The position numbers and the translations under genes are program-made. Positions 24,856 to 37,400 of a stretch of DNA of 64,000 bases are shown here, in pieces. The stretch's first letter is position 1, and every line of letters begins with the position of its first letter. The notes under the pieces are model-generated. The model saw only the letters and a list, made by a program, of their open reading frames with translations, was not told the DNA's origin and did not search any database. The DNA is from Azolla caroliniana (Eukaryota; Plantae; Polypodiophyta): positions 19,034,001 through 19,098,000 of the forward strand of contig JBHGNT010000013.1 in NCBI GenBank assembly GCA_043228905.1, given 5' to 3'.

Positions 24856-27800
24856 ATGGAAGGCGGCGGTAGTGGGCCTCCGGGCATGATGGTGTTGAAC
24901 TCACATAACTACGCCGACTGGAAGATAAAGATGGAAGACCTTCTCATCGTCCGAGACCTGTATGAACCGATCGACAATGCCGAGATACCCAAGGGGGTAA
25001 TAGAGTCGGAGTGGAAGCTCCTGAACCGGAAAGCCGTAGCGACGATCCGGCAATATGTCGATGTAAGCGTTCTACAACATGTGGCGAATGACACCAACGC
25101 ATATGAGATGTGGAAGAAGCTGTCGGGCCTCTACGAGAGGAAGAATGCGTTGAACCGGACCTCCCTGATGAGGAAGATAGTGAACCTCAAGTACCGGGAC
25201 GGCGAGAATATGGTTGAACACGTGAGCACGTTCATGGGATTCGTGAACCAGCTTGCGGCGATCAAGTTCCCGTTGGAGGATGCAATGCAAGCCATCATTC
25301 TGATGTGTACATTGCCGGAAAGCTGGGAGAACTTGGTGGTGACTCTCAGCACCTCCTGCACCGAAGATAACTTGTCTCTACAAACGGTAAAGACAAGCAT
25401 TTTGAACGAAGAAGCGCGTCGGAGAGATAAAGAACCGGTTTCCGATCCGAAGATGCTGCTTACCGAATCGGATCGGGGAAGACAATGGAACCGGAGTCCG
25501 CAAAGACGGGAGAAGTCGGGGACCCGGTCGCAGTCAAGAGGAAGGCCCACATGCTTCCACTGTGGGAAGCCGGGGCACTTCCGGAAGAATTGTCGGCATT
25601 ACAGAAAAGACAACGGAGCCGACGACACCGATTCGAAGAAGTCACCGGAGCGAAACGGTGCATACCGGGGAGCCACGGACCGGAGATGTCCGGATCGGCG
25701 AGGGCAGGACCGGAAAGGAACGACGGCACTCGCGGCAAGTGAAGAAGAGATAATGCTCATTACCGAAGAGAGGGAGCTGAACCTTGCCGGTGAAGAGATG
25801 ACCTGGGTGGTCGATTCCGGAGCGTCGTTCCACCTGACCCCGGAGAAGAAATACTTCTCATCCTACACAGCCGGTGAGCACGGCTGTGTCCGGATGGGAA
25901 ATGAAGGTACATGCCGGATTGCCGGCATAGGAGATGTGTGGCTGATGACATCAACCGGATGCAAAATGTTGCTGAAGGATGTTCGACACGTTCCGGAGGT
26001 TCGATTGAACCTGATTTCGGCCGGGAGGCTAGACGATGAAGGCTACACGGGTAGCATCCGGAACGGTGTCATGAAGTTCAGCAAAGGGAGCCTGATAGTG
26101 GCTCGGGCCCGGAAGGTCAACACACTGTACCTGATGAATTCCCGGCTATGTCCGGAGGAGCTGAACGTGGCAGCTGACACTGCCGGTGAGCTGTGGCACA
26201 AGAGACTGTGCCACATGAGCGAGAAGGGGTTGAAGAGGCTTGCCGAAGACAACCTGATACCAGTGCAGCATGTGCACCTAGAGAAGTGTACCGACTGTCT
26301 GGCCGGTAAGCAAAACCGGACCTCCTTCCACTCAAGGCCACCGACGAGACGTAGCGCACCATTGGAGTTGGTGCACACTGACGTGTGTCAGGTAGAAACG
26401 AAGTCACATGGCGGAGCCCAGTACTTCGTAACATTCATAGATGACCATAGCCGGAAGCTGTGGACGGCACCGTTGAAGACAAAGGACCAAGTATTGTCCG
26501 TCTTCAGAGAACTCCACGCGAGAGTGGAAAGGGAATCCGGCAGGGAGCTGAAAGCGATACGAGCGGATAACGGAGGAGAATATCGGGGGCAGTTCGAGGA
26601 GTACTGTCGCTCGAAGGGAATCCGGCTCGAGTTTACTGTGCCGAAGACGCCGGAACTGAACGGGCTGGCCGAGAGGATGAACCGGACCATAATGGAGAGG
26701 GTCCGGAGTATGCTGGCGCATGCGAAATTACCCAAGGGGTTTTGGGCTGAGGCAATGTCGACGGCGACATACGTGATAAACAGATCACCCTCAGTACCTT
26801 TGGACGGAGACACGCCGCAGAGAGTGTGGACCGGTAGGGAAGTATCCTACCGGCATCTGAAGGTGTTCGGGTGTCTCGCATATGTGCATGTGGCAAAGGA
26901 CCGGAGAGGAAAGCTAGATCCAAAGACCCGGCCATGCATATTCCTCGGTTACGGCGACGACGAGTTCGGCTACCGAGTATGGGACCCGGTCAACAAGAAG
27001 ATATTCAGGAGTCGTGATATCATCTTCATGGAGGACAAGACACTCGCCGACTGGGAGTCGGAGAAGAAGATGAAGAGCTCCAAGTCGACCGGTGAGGATC
27101 AACTCTACGAGGAGCAGTCCCGACCGGCAAGGGACCGGTTAGCACTCGAGGATCCGGCCGAAGACGATGAAGAAACAGAACCGGCCGAGGAAGATGAAAC
27201 TGATACCGGAACCGGCCCCGATCCCGAAATGGATCCGGATGAAGAAGAAACGGAAGAGCCGGTTACCGAAGCTCCGGAACGGAGATATCCTCTAAGAGAG
27301 AGAAGGGCCCCCCGGAGATTTCCGGAACCAGAGCACGTGTTGCTAACCGACGAGGGGGAGCCAGAGAGTTTTGAAGAAGCAAAGCTTGACACCCATAGCC
27401 GCAGGTGGTTAAGTGCCATGCAGGAGGAGATGGATTCCCTGCATGAAAACCACACATATGAACTTGTGGAGTTGCCGAAAGGAAAGCGGGCACTTCGAAA
27501 CAAGTGGGTGTTCAAGCTGAAACCGGGAGATGCCGGAAATCCCCCGAGATACAAAGCCAGGATCGTGGTGAAGGGGTTCCAGCAGAAGAAGGGCGTCGAC
27601 TTCGACGAAATATTTGCCCCGGTAGTGAAGATGACCTCCATCCGGACGGTGCTGAGCATAGCGGCAAGTATGGACCTCGAGGTAGAACAGATGGACGTGA
27701 AGACGGCATTCCTTCACGGTGACCTCGAAGAAGAGATCTACATGCAGCAACCGGAAGGATTCGAGAAGAAAGGGAAGGAGCACCTGGTATGCCGGTTGAA

Positions 27801-28929
27801 GAAGAGCCTTTACGGACTGAAGCAGGCTCCCCGGCAATGGTACCGGAAGTTCGACTCCTTCATGACCGACGAAGGGTACCACAAAACGCAGTCCGATCAC
27901 TGCGTGTTTGTGAAGAAGTTCGAAGGAGGAGACTCTCTAATACTCCTCCTGTACGTGGACGACATGTTGATCGTCGGACGGGACCAGGGCAAGATACGGA
28001 TGCTGAAGAAAGCACTTCACCGAACCTTCTCAATGAAGGACCTGGGTCCGGCGAGGCAAATACTAGGGATGCACATCATCCGAGACCGGAAGAAGAAGCA
28101 GTTGTGGCTGTCACAGGAGAAGTACGTAACAAAGGTGCTTCACCGGTTCAACATGTCGGAAGCAAGACCGGTCGGATCAACCCTCCCGGCAAACTGCAAG
28201 CTGTCCAGCAAGCAAAGCCCCAAGACAAAGGCTGAGAAAGAGGACATGATGAAAGTACCATATGCCTCTGCCGTCGGAAGCTTGATGTACGCAATGGTGT
28301 GTACAAGACCGGACATAGGATATGCAGTCGGAGTGGTGAGCCGGTACATGAGCAATCCCGGCAAAGAGCACTGGAACGCGGTCAAGTGGATACTCCGATA
28401 CCTGAAGGGCACGGCAAACGTGTGCCTCCGATTCGGCTCCGGTAAGCCCGAACTCGACGGCTTTACCGATTCGGATATGTCGGCTGATGCAGATACCAGC
28501 CGGTCCACATCAGGGTATGTGATGACGTATGCAGGGGGAGCTGTTTCGTGGCAGTCGAGGCTGCAGAAGACGGTTGCGTTGTCAACCACGGAGGCGGAGT
28601 ACATGGCGGCTGTTGAAGCCGGCAAGGAAATAATATGGATGAAGGACTTCATTAGAGAGCTCGGTATCCGGCAAGAGGAGTACCGACTCTACTGCGACAG
28701 TCAGAGTGCCATCCACCTTGCGAAGAACGCGGCCTATCACTCCCGGACGAAGCACATCCAGCGAAGATATCACTGGATCCGGGAAAGGATAGAAGACCAG
28801 GAGTTCGTGCTGATGAAGATCCACACGGATGAGAACGGCTCAGATATGCTGACCAAAGTGCTCACACCCGACAAGTTGGAAGCATGCCGGAAGAGGATCG
28901 GATTAGAGAGACATCCCATGCCGAAGTGA
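24856..28929 (+). CDS. Copia gag-pol polyprotein (1357 aa)
   Basis: CFHCGKPGHFRKNC knuckle, VVDSGASFH protease, HTDVC/DNGGEY/AERMN integrase, LLYVDD RT, TDSD/EAEY/CDSQ RNase H. First ATG after the PBS is at 24856. Confidence 0.97.
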   Translation: MEGGGSGPPGMMVLNSHNYADWKIKMEDLLIVRDLYEPIDNAEIPKGVIESEWKLLNRKAVATIRQYVDVSVLQHVANDTNAYEMWKKLSGLYERKNALNRTSLMRKIVNLKYRDGENMVEHVSTFMGFVNQLAAIKFPLEDAMQAIILMCTLPESWENLVVTLSTSCTEDNLSLQTVKTSILNEEARRRDKEPVSDPKMLLTESDRGRQWNRSPQRREKSGTRSQSRGRPTCFHCGKPGHFRKNCRHYRKDNGADDTDSKKSPERNGAYRGATDRRCPDRRGQDRKGTTALAASEEEIMLITEERELNLAGEEMTWVVDSGASFHLTPEKKYFSSYTAGEHGCVRMGNEGTCRIAGIGDVWLMTSTGCKMLLKDVRHVPEVRLNLISAGRLDDEGYTGSIRNGVMKFSKGSLIVARARKVNTLYLMNSRLCPEELNVAADTAGELWHKRLCHMSEKGLKRLAEDNLIPVQHVHLEKCTDCLAGKQNRTSFHSRPPTRRSAPLELVHTDVCQVETKSHGGAQYFVTFIDDHSRKLWTAPLKTKDQVLSVFRELHARVERESGRELKAIRADNGGEYRGQFEEYCRSKGIRLEFTVPKTPELNGLAERMNRTIMERVRSMLAHAKLPKGFWAEAMSTATYVINRSPSVPLDGDTPQRVWTGREVSYRHLKVFGCLAYVHVAKDRRGKLDPKTRPCIFLGYGDDEFGYRVWDPVNKKIFRSRDIIFMEDKTLADWESEKKMKSSKSTGEDQLYEEQSRPARDRLALEDPAEDDEETEPAEEDETDTGTGPDPEMDPDEEETEEPVTEAPERRYPLRERRAPRRFPEPEHVLLTDEGEPESFEEAKLDTHSRRWLSAMQEEMDSLHENHTYELVELPKGKRALRNKWVFKLKPGDAGNPPRYKARIVVKGFQQKKGVDFDEIFAPVVKMTSIRTVLSIAASMDLEVEQMDVKTAFLHGDLEEEIYMQQPEGFEKKGKEHLVCRLKKSLYGLKQAPRQWYRKFDSFMTDEGYHKTQSDHCVFVKKFEGGDSLILLLYVDDMLIVGRDQGKIRMLKKALHRTFSMKDLGPARQILGMHIIRDRKKKQLWLSQEKYVTKVLHRFNMSEARPVGSTLPANCKLSSKQSPKTKAEKEDMMKVPYASAVGSLMYAMVCTRPDIGYAVGVVSRYMSNPGKEHWNAVKWILRYLKGTANVCLRFGSGKPELDGFTDSDMSADADTSRSTSGYVMTYAGGAVSWQSRLQKTVALSTTEAEYMAAVEAGKEIIWMKDFIRELGIRQEEYRLYCDSQSAIHLAKNAAYHSRTKHIQRRYHWIRERIEDQEFVLMKIHTDENGSDMLTKVLTPDKLEACRKRIGLERHPMPK

Positions 28930-28939
28930 AGGGGGAGTT

Positions 28940-29593
28940 TGTTGGGATTTCGGTCCCTCCGGATGGGATGTCCCCGGAGATAAATGACGGCAGACCCCGG
29001 TTACGGAGCCGGATGCTGAAGACCCCGGTTACGGAGCCGGATGATGAAGACCCCGGTTACGGAGCCGGATGATGAAGACCCCGGTTACGGAGCCGGATGC
29101 TGAAGACCCCGGTTACGGAGCCGGATGACGAATGTACCCGGAGAGAGATCCGGATGCGGGGACATATTTGTGAATATGTTTGCTAAGAGCCCTTGAGGCT
29201 ATATTTGTAAATAGCCCGAAAGTCATATGTGTATAAATATGACTTAGGGCAAACAGTTTATGTTGTTGCCCATTTTGAGAGAGAGAGAAGAAAAGTGAGT
29301 AGCCGAGAGAGAGAGAGATAGAGAGAGACGAAGAGGTCGTTGCCTCTGTGTACTGCCGCCGCCTGTGGCGAAGACAGTGAGCTCAAGGTTGTTGCCTTGT
29401 AGCTTCACCATTGTACATCTCTGTCTATAGTGATAGTTGGAGTTTGAGGACTCCCGTGGTTTTTCCCCAGTTAGGGTTTTCCACGTAAAACATCCCGTGT
29501 ACTCTTCTCTCTATTGTACTTCGTGCATTTTGTATTTCCTGTTTTCTAAAGTTGATCCTATTCCTCGGTTGTGGCCGAGCGCTGTTTGCAACA
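28940..29593 (+). repeat. 3' LTR of Copia B
   Basis: Direct match to the 5' LTR. Confidence 0.98.
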
Positions 29594-29606
29594 ATTAGCT
29601 ATGCAA

Positions 29607-30216
29607 TAGAATCAATACACACGCTCTGTGGGACTGCCCAACGTCCCATCGAATATGGCGGGGGGTTGGCCGCTTGTTGCAATTATGCCAGGTGCAAGGC
29701 TCAATCAAGTGGGGAAATATATGTTGGCTATCATGGCAGACCCAGTTGGTAGATACGAGCATCAAGAGGAGGGGATGACTTTGGTGATAAAAGCACAAGA
29801 GGTTTTTTCTCCACCATCGGCAATGTCCACTCAATTCCTCTTAGTGACAAATCTCAAGTTGTGTTGGAATTGGTCAGCCCAATAACTCTTTGGATTCTAT
29901 GGAAACAACGGTGTAGACGAGTCTTCTCCAACCAAACCGCGCATCCAACAATGTTACTGCAAGAAATATGAAGTGAAATTGTAGCCACTCTAAAGAGCCA
30001 ATATGATGGCCTCAAGGGCAGCTCTGATGGAGTTGAAAGACAACGAATAGCCTTCATCAAACAATGGTCGTCCTCTCCCTTTTTGGAGTTACTAGGCATC
30101 CACATAAGATGGATGTTGGAACTATCGCGTCCATACAAGGATTTGTACATAATCATCTCATTTGTAAAATTTTATAACTAATGGAAGGAGTTTTTTTTGG
30201 AAAATTAAAAAAAAAA
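29607..30216 (+). mobile_element. 5'-truncated L1 3' end with poly(A) and about 18-bp TSD
   Basis: ITLWILWKQRCRRVF motif and A10 tail. TSD AACTCATTAGCTATGCAA at 30215-30232 and, split by Copia B, at 24162-24171 + 29599-29606. Confidence 0.88.
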
Positions 30217-30439
30217 CTCATTAGCTATGCAAAAAGCTGAATGTAATTTAGTGGTTTGCCAATTTTAGGGATTATCAAAATGCAATCTCAAATAAAGACC
30301 GACTTAAATGTGCACCATAAATAGTAATATTTCCCTCCCCATAATAAATTATATGTATCTTTAAGATTTTTCCACTAAATATTAGCTAAAAATATAGTTA
30401 CTTACTTGTGGTCATTTTAGCTACATGTTAACTATAATA

Positions 30440-30880
30440 GTGTTTCTATTCATATGCTTTCACCCAGAAAGCTAGAGAGTGCTTCGACATATAATAGAAA
30501 TAGGGATAGAGCCAATAGGTATCCTTGTCGCATGGATCGTGATATTTGGAAGTAGGGGCACCTTTCACTTGCTAATGATACGCAATTGTTAGCATTTCTG
30601 TAGAGGGTTGCAGTGCCTTTAATCCATGACGCTTAGAAGCTGAGTTTCCTCATCACGCTTTCTAGACAATTCTACCATACCCTGTAATATGATTTCTTGA
30701 AGTCCAACAACACCACAACTACCTTGTTGTTGGTACGCTTCGCAAAAGATATTGTTGGAAAAAGCCCATGTGAATTCTAGAAATCCGATTGGTTTGAGTA
30801 GGAAAATTTTCGATTGAGGTCAAAAGTTGTTCGTCAACATTGTTCTAACCCATCTATAGCTTCTAATAATGATGTATCAC
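30440..30880 (-). mobile_element. L1 reverse-transcriptase fragment (probably the upstream part of the L1 at 21807-24052)
   Basis: My translation: VVVLLDFKKSYYRVW...SRSMRQGYLLALSLFLLYVEAL. These RT motifs normally precede FADD. Confidence 0.75.
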
Positions 30881-33800
30881 ATTAAAAATACAAATTTATG
30901 TAAAAACGCTTAATAACCAATATCCACCTCATAATAGACTATAAATAAATTTTAGTGCTATTAGATATTGAAAATTACTCATAAAATTGTGGGGTCCCCT
31001 TAATCTACAAAACGTTTCAAGGAATTTTTTATTTGTAATCACATACAACAAAAAACGGACCATATGAGAGCACTCAATATACTATTCTAACATGGAACTA
31101 TCTCAAATGTAGTTTGAAAGATCCAAAACCTAATATTAATTGGATCAAGTCATGAATTATTGTGTTACTAAATAAATAAAAAGCAATATTTAGGGGCATG
31201 TATCATACATTGATACCGCACTTTCGATTGGTTCCTCCTTTCATGTTTCCACATGTCAACGCACTATGCGTATATTATTTGCTAGGACCTCATTCTTGTC
31301 ATCATTACATTGGTGTGTAAAGACACATATGCACAAAGCACATTTACACCAATCCATGTACTTATTCTATAAAGAAATGTGCAAAATATGTATCTATGTA
31401 TGTCCCAGCCATTGATACCTTTTAGAGTCTCGTCTACCAATCTCTATGTATTCATAAATTATGACTAAACTCGCCAATAATAAAAATCTTGACTCTAAGA
31501 CTAGTCAATATAATATTCAAGGGAGAGAGAGGCTATAGAAAGTTAATGTAAAGAAAAGGGCCAAAGAAAGATCTTTCGTAAGGGACACTTCCATTTAACA
31601 TAAGAAATCATCGCATATCGTATCTAATTTTAAGAGTTTAGCAATTAGCATCACAAATAATGCATATTGTAACTAATTCTAAGAGACACTTCGATTTCAA
31701 ACGAATAGAGACATTTTCTATAATTAAGCTTAATTTCTTTTCTAATGCTTATGATAGATTGAGAGAATTAATATTTCTATCACAATGTGGTTTAGATAAC
31801 ACAGACACAAGACAGACCATAATATTATTTCCAATCGTGATTCAAATGTTCTATGTTAGAGTCATATCTAGTTATATATTATTTTCTCTTATAGTGGATA
31901 ATTGACAAAATGGGCTTCTAGAAAGTAACTTTTGTCCATTCACGTGATAAAAATCATGAAAAATAAGATGAATGTCCATCATGTGTATGCTAGCATGTTA
32001 CTGTTATGGAGAATGTTTGCATATAATTCAAATAATTTGTATACTTACCGAACAAATATTCTCCTACTCATGTCTTGATGTTTACGTAATAAGTAGCAAG
32101 AGTGGTCACAAATGTCTCAATGACTTGATATCAATTTACTCCCAAAGTAAGAATAAACTTTAGGGTTTTATGACGTTAAGCATTTTGATGCTTGAGTATG
32201 TAAACAAAGTATCATGACTAGAGAATCATATGGTAGTCTTCAGTAAATTTAGAAGTTTGTCAAAAAATACCCTTGTAAAACTTGATCTATAAAAATAGAT
32301 AACTCATATCTAGGAACATTGTGTTATTTAATGGAATGTAGTCTAAATAATCTGTTAATCTCTAAACGTTTTCAATTGACAACGTGAGCATGTGTTTCTC
32401 AATATGAAAATATTCGTTATATCATGTTCGAGTTACTTATACTTTATTTAGCTATTGTGTAACGAGGACACTACTTAGAGTTGATACAAATACACATTAC
32501 ACTTGTCTATGTAAATGGTCTTTCTACTTCTTTACATGTAACTTATTATAGCAAAACAAAATTATAAAATATTTCTAGACATATATTTCTCATTCATGTG
32601 TGGCTTTTAGTGAATGGAATGAAAGAGAGAAAATTCAAAAAATGTTCTTACGTAGATGATTGGGAGCTCAATCCTCAACACCCTATCTTGTCATGTTATT
32701 GGAAATAGGCGGTTGGCTTGTATAGGTCATAGCCATGCAAAGAGTATAGGAGTACATCACAAAAGTAAAGAATATGCCTTTTGTATGCTTCCAAATGAAG
32801 TTTGGAATGACTTCCTCACAACAAAGGAAGACTTTTATCAAATTCATATGCAAAGGGACAAAATGGAACCCCATTGACTAACTCTCTTCACTATATTAAA
32901 CAAAAAACCCACACAATGTTAGAATAAAGTGACAAGATGGTTGATTAAAAACTCATGAATAGCTTCATAAATGGGTTTGTGCAACCCTACCTTGCAAAAC
33001 TTTCTCATAGCTATCTCGTGCCAAACCAACTATAATCATGCATGCATGGTAGTCATGGGTTTCAATGACTTGACAATAGGATTGCAAACATCCACATAGG
33101 TGGCAACAAATCCCAAGGACAAACCTGACATCCTTCCATAGTCGCCCATCAAACTTACAAAGTAGAGAGGCCCTCTAAATATGACATCCACAAGAATATA
33201 CATTTCCCCATGTGGCAAAAAACCACACCCAACATGAGTGTTCATTTTTGCATCTAGCTACTAGGGCCTATGGCAAGGAGGTTATAAACACAGTGACAAA
33301 GTTTGCATACATTACATTGAAATAGATGGCACCATCTATTCTATGTATGTGTTGAGAAATGGCACTCGCAACAAAAGAGGAGAACATTGATGCCCTATAC
33401 GTAGGACTAGAATAAAATTCGTTATTTGCCAGAGCCCTACATGGTTAGTGGTGTTGCACCAAAAAGAAATGTTATGCTAGAAACTTGAATTAGACACAAT
33501 AGAACATCTCCAAGACTCAACATATCATCTACTTCATTTCATCGCACCACACAAGGCTAATTAGTTTCTGAGCTTTAATTGCAGGCTATATGCCCTAGAT
33601 GTGGTCATGACTACGTAATACTTGTTTGTCTTGAAAATGAAGGGAAGGCAAGAGTCAAACACATTACTAATGTAGGTGTTATGTGTGACAAATGCCCAAT
33701 GGATCATTGAAAACTTAGAATAACACAATCAAAGCTCCAAAAACAATGGCTAAGAGGAAGATGAAGCAAAAGCCTCACATTAAAACATGCTCTTAACATA

Positions 33801-34120
33801 CTATGTCCAACACTTCGTTCCTAGTCTAATAGTGGTGAATTACCTTCAAATGAAGTTGAGAGCTGACTAAGCACAAACTAACAACTTTACTTATCGGCTT
33901 ATCCAAACTCTAATGCTTAAATATGATAAATACAAAACTATTATCGCCTCATCATGAATAACTACATGTGAATAACCATGATAAAAAATAGCTAAAATTT
34001 TCTCATATGATCCCTTGTTGCACGAGGTATGCACAAACTAGATGAAGGTTGAAATGGATTCAACTCCTTCCAGTGAAGAAACTACTCAAACCCCAAGGTT
34101 AATGTGGCTTCACTACCAAA

Positions 34121-34416
34121 ATTCTTTTTTGTTTTTTCCCAAAAAGATTTCCTTCATTAGTATTAAGAAAAAACGTCGTAAGGCTACAAACTGTACAATT
34201 AGAGAGTGTTATATACAAAAAGGATAATCAAGGGAAGGACCAAGGATGCTGATATTTCCAGATAGGTCCTTGAGAGGAGACCGTGAATAGAGGCAACTTC
34301 CACCATAACTGTAATAATTTTTTCCTTTTCTTAAGAACAACTTCTGAAGGGCCCGACATATTGTCATATTGCCCACACACTACCGCCAATAAGTTGTCCT
34401 ATAATTCTAGCAACAT
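34121..34416 (-). mobile_element. L1 3' end with degraded poly(A)
   Basis: Translates ..DNLLAVVCGQYD..PLFTVSSQGPIWKYQHP, homologous to the L1 C-terminus near 21865-22071. Confidence 0.65.
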
Positions 34417-37400
34417 TGTTGAGAGATCAAGCTCAATTTAGTTTAGTTAGTTAGTCAACAATGTAACTTCGTAGTTACCTAAATAGAATCTAGTTAGAAG
34501 TGTTGACTATAACGCCTTAAATAGGACCTTGTACTTAAGTGGGATATTCTAGATCCTCCACTCCTAAGTACATTTAATATAGGACTTACACATTAGTCCC
34601 TATATTCTACTCACACATGTGCACCTTTGCACATGAGATGTATATATACCTCATTGTAGGTATTTTTGTATTTGATGATGATAATGCTAAATTAATATAC
34701 TTACTCATCCCTCATATTGTGTTATTCATAAGTGTGTGTGTGTCTCTCTCTCTTCCTCTCACACACATACACACACATATCACATAATCTTCCACACTTA
34801 ACTTAATCACATAATTAGGTACTAATTAACTCTTAATTACTTACCTAATTCTTAACATGGTATCAGAGCGTGTGGTTTAGAAAATCCACTAAGCCCACCC
34901 GACTCCGTGATTGTGTGTTCGAGTTGCCGACGACAAAATCCGGCTATCGGCTACCGTAGTGCCGCTACGTAGCACGTGTACGTGATCGACGGAAGAAAAG
35001 CAAAAGAAGAGAAAACACAATCAACATGAACACACAAATGGGTAGCTCGCTCCCTAGCGAAAAGTTAGACCGGAGCAATTATTCATCTTGGGAGTACAAG
35101 ATGACCCAATACCTCGTCGGCCAAGGGTATTGGAGCTACATCAATGGCGCACTCGAGAACAAGCCCGACAACACAAACGCCAACTACCCAACGTGGGAGC
35201 AAGGAGTGAGTCGGGTAATGTATTGCTTGGCAACATGTGTCCACGACCATATGCTTAGCCACATTCAAGACGCCAAGACGCCTAAAGAGGCGTGGGAGAA
35301 CTTAAAGAAAATGTTTGCCGCCAACACGACCGCCCGCAAACTTCAACTCTGGCAAGAGTTGAATAACATTCAGCAAAAAGACATGTCCGTGTTGGACTAC
35401 ACCGCCAAGATCAAGAGCATTTGCGACTCACTTGGCTCCATCAACATAAACGTCGACGAAGACGAGATGGTTCAAGTATGCTTCGGCGGCCTCGCACAAC
35501 GATTTGATACATTACATACGACAATCTTGGTGAGAGAAAACCCTCCTTCATTCATCGACCTCCAATCAATGCTATTGGTCGAAGAGAACCACGTCTGAAC
35601 CAAAAGCAAGATGTCGGAAGGACAAATGTTCTTCTCGAATTCGGACGGTGGCCGAGGAGGAGGTCACGGTAGTAGAAGAGGTCAATTCGGCCCATCACAT
35701 GAAGGGAACTGAAACCTTCACGGAAGCCATCGAGGAACCTTCGGAAGAAGGGGGAGCTTCCACGTCGAACAAGGTCGGCAAACGAGGCCCGCAACTTGCA
35801 ATTATTGCGGCAAAGTCGGCCACTACAAGGCGGAGTGTCGGAAAAAGAGAAGTGAGTCGGCTTCAACAAGTCAACAACTCACAAACTACGCATCGAGCTC
35901 CGACTACGACAATTGTAGCGGAATGTTCACGAATCATGCATCGAATTCTGACTACGGCGACCGTGATGGAATGTTCGTAATGAGGCATAGAGCGAACTCT
36001 ATGACGGCCTCAAACTTCGCAAGCACTTCCAACTCGGAAGACGTGTGGTTCGTAGATTTCGGCGCCTCACATCACATGACATCCCACGAAGAGTGGTTTC
36101 GCGATTTACGAATGCCGGATCAAACCGGCTTTATAGAGACGGGAGACGACACCACGCACCGGATTCGGCACATCGGCAATGGCCCATTTGGGAAAGAAGG
36201 TGAGCAAACTTGCATCAAGAATATCTTACACGTACCCACAATAATGAAGAATTTGGTCTCGGTCGGCCAAATCGTGGAGCAAGGCATGCAAGTCCGCTTC
36301 AACAAAGAAGGATGCTTCATCGAGAAAGATGGCCGACTCATAGCGAAGGGGCGGAGAGATAGCCGAATGTTCATCCTCGATTCGAACGAGGTGAAATCGG
36401 CAATGTACGCCAAAGGTCTCAAAACCGAGACAAGCATTGAGTTATGACACAAGAGAATCGGCCACATAAACCTCCAATGGTTTCGAGCAATGCAAACCAA
36501 GGGAGTCGTCATCGGACTTCCGACATTCGAGTCGAAACGAATCGACCGAGTATGCGAAGCGTGTCAACTTGGCAAACAACATCGACTCCCATTCCTGAAG
36601 GAGAGCTCCGCGAGCAAAGGCCTCCTCAACGTCATACACTCGGATGTATGGGGACTGGCTCAAACGCCGATGATCGGCGAATGCCGATACTACGTAACCT
36701 TCATCGATGACTACTCACGCTACGCGTGGATCTACCCGATGAAGAAGAAAAGCGAAGTGCTCTCCCACTTCCAAAAGCTCAAGGGGCAAATCGAAAAAGA
36801 AACCGGTCGGCACATTCGATGCCTACGATCGGATGGAGGAAAGGAGTACTTCTCCGACGAGTTCACCTCCTACCTCCAAAGTGAAGGCATTCAGAGAGAA
36901 TTCTCATGTCGACACACACCCCAACAAAATGGAGTCGCTAAAAGGAGAAGCACATGCCGAATTTCTATTGGGCCGAAGCGGCATCCACGGACATCTATCT
37001 CATGAACCGGTGCACCACCAATGGAGTCCATGAGCTAACACCCTACGAGCTCCTCGTCGGAAGGAAGCCGATCTTGTTGCACCTCAAGGTGTTCGGAAGC
37101 ATTGCGAATGTATGCGTCCCGAACGAACAACGACAGAAGCCCGACGCGAAGTCGGAGGAATGTATCTTCATAGGATACTCGTTCGAGAAGAAGGCGTACA
37201 AGTGTTACAACCCTTCTACCCGAGCGGTTCAGGTAAGTCGAGCCGTAGTCTTCGACGAGTCCGCATCCTGGTACGCACAAGAGACAACTTCAACTCTGAC
37301 TCCGCTCGACCCAGAATCCGCCGAACAAGAGGTAGAAGATGGAGATCGCTTTGAACACATGTTCGAAGAAAGTCTGATTACGGCAAAGCCTAGTGGGCCA

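Larger units (their letters stand above)
24172..29593 (+). mobile_element. Intact Ty1/copia (Tnt1/Tork-like) LTR retrotransposon B
   Basis: 654-bp LTRs and ATTAG TSD (24167-24171 / 29594-29598). PBS TGGTATCAGAGC at 24828-24839. PPT GAAGGGGGAG before 28940. Uninterrupted ORF. Confidence 0.98.

Noticed and set aside
24909-28824. Many antisense or alternate-frame ORFs over the Copia and Gypsy coding regions
   Set aside because: Expected shadows of GC-rich, codon-biased polyprotein genes.
21807-30216. Long terminal inverted repeats of a MULE or foldback element
   Set aside because: Both arms are L1 3' ends with poly(A), and one has its own TSD.
31400-32600. Second hAT relic on the minus strand (GSVPYER near 31580)
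   Set aside because: A single weak motif in very AT-rich sequence.
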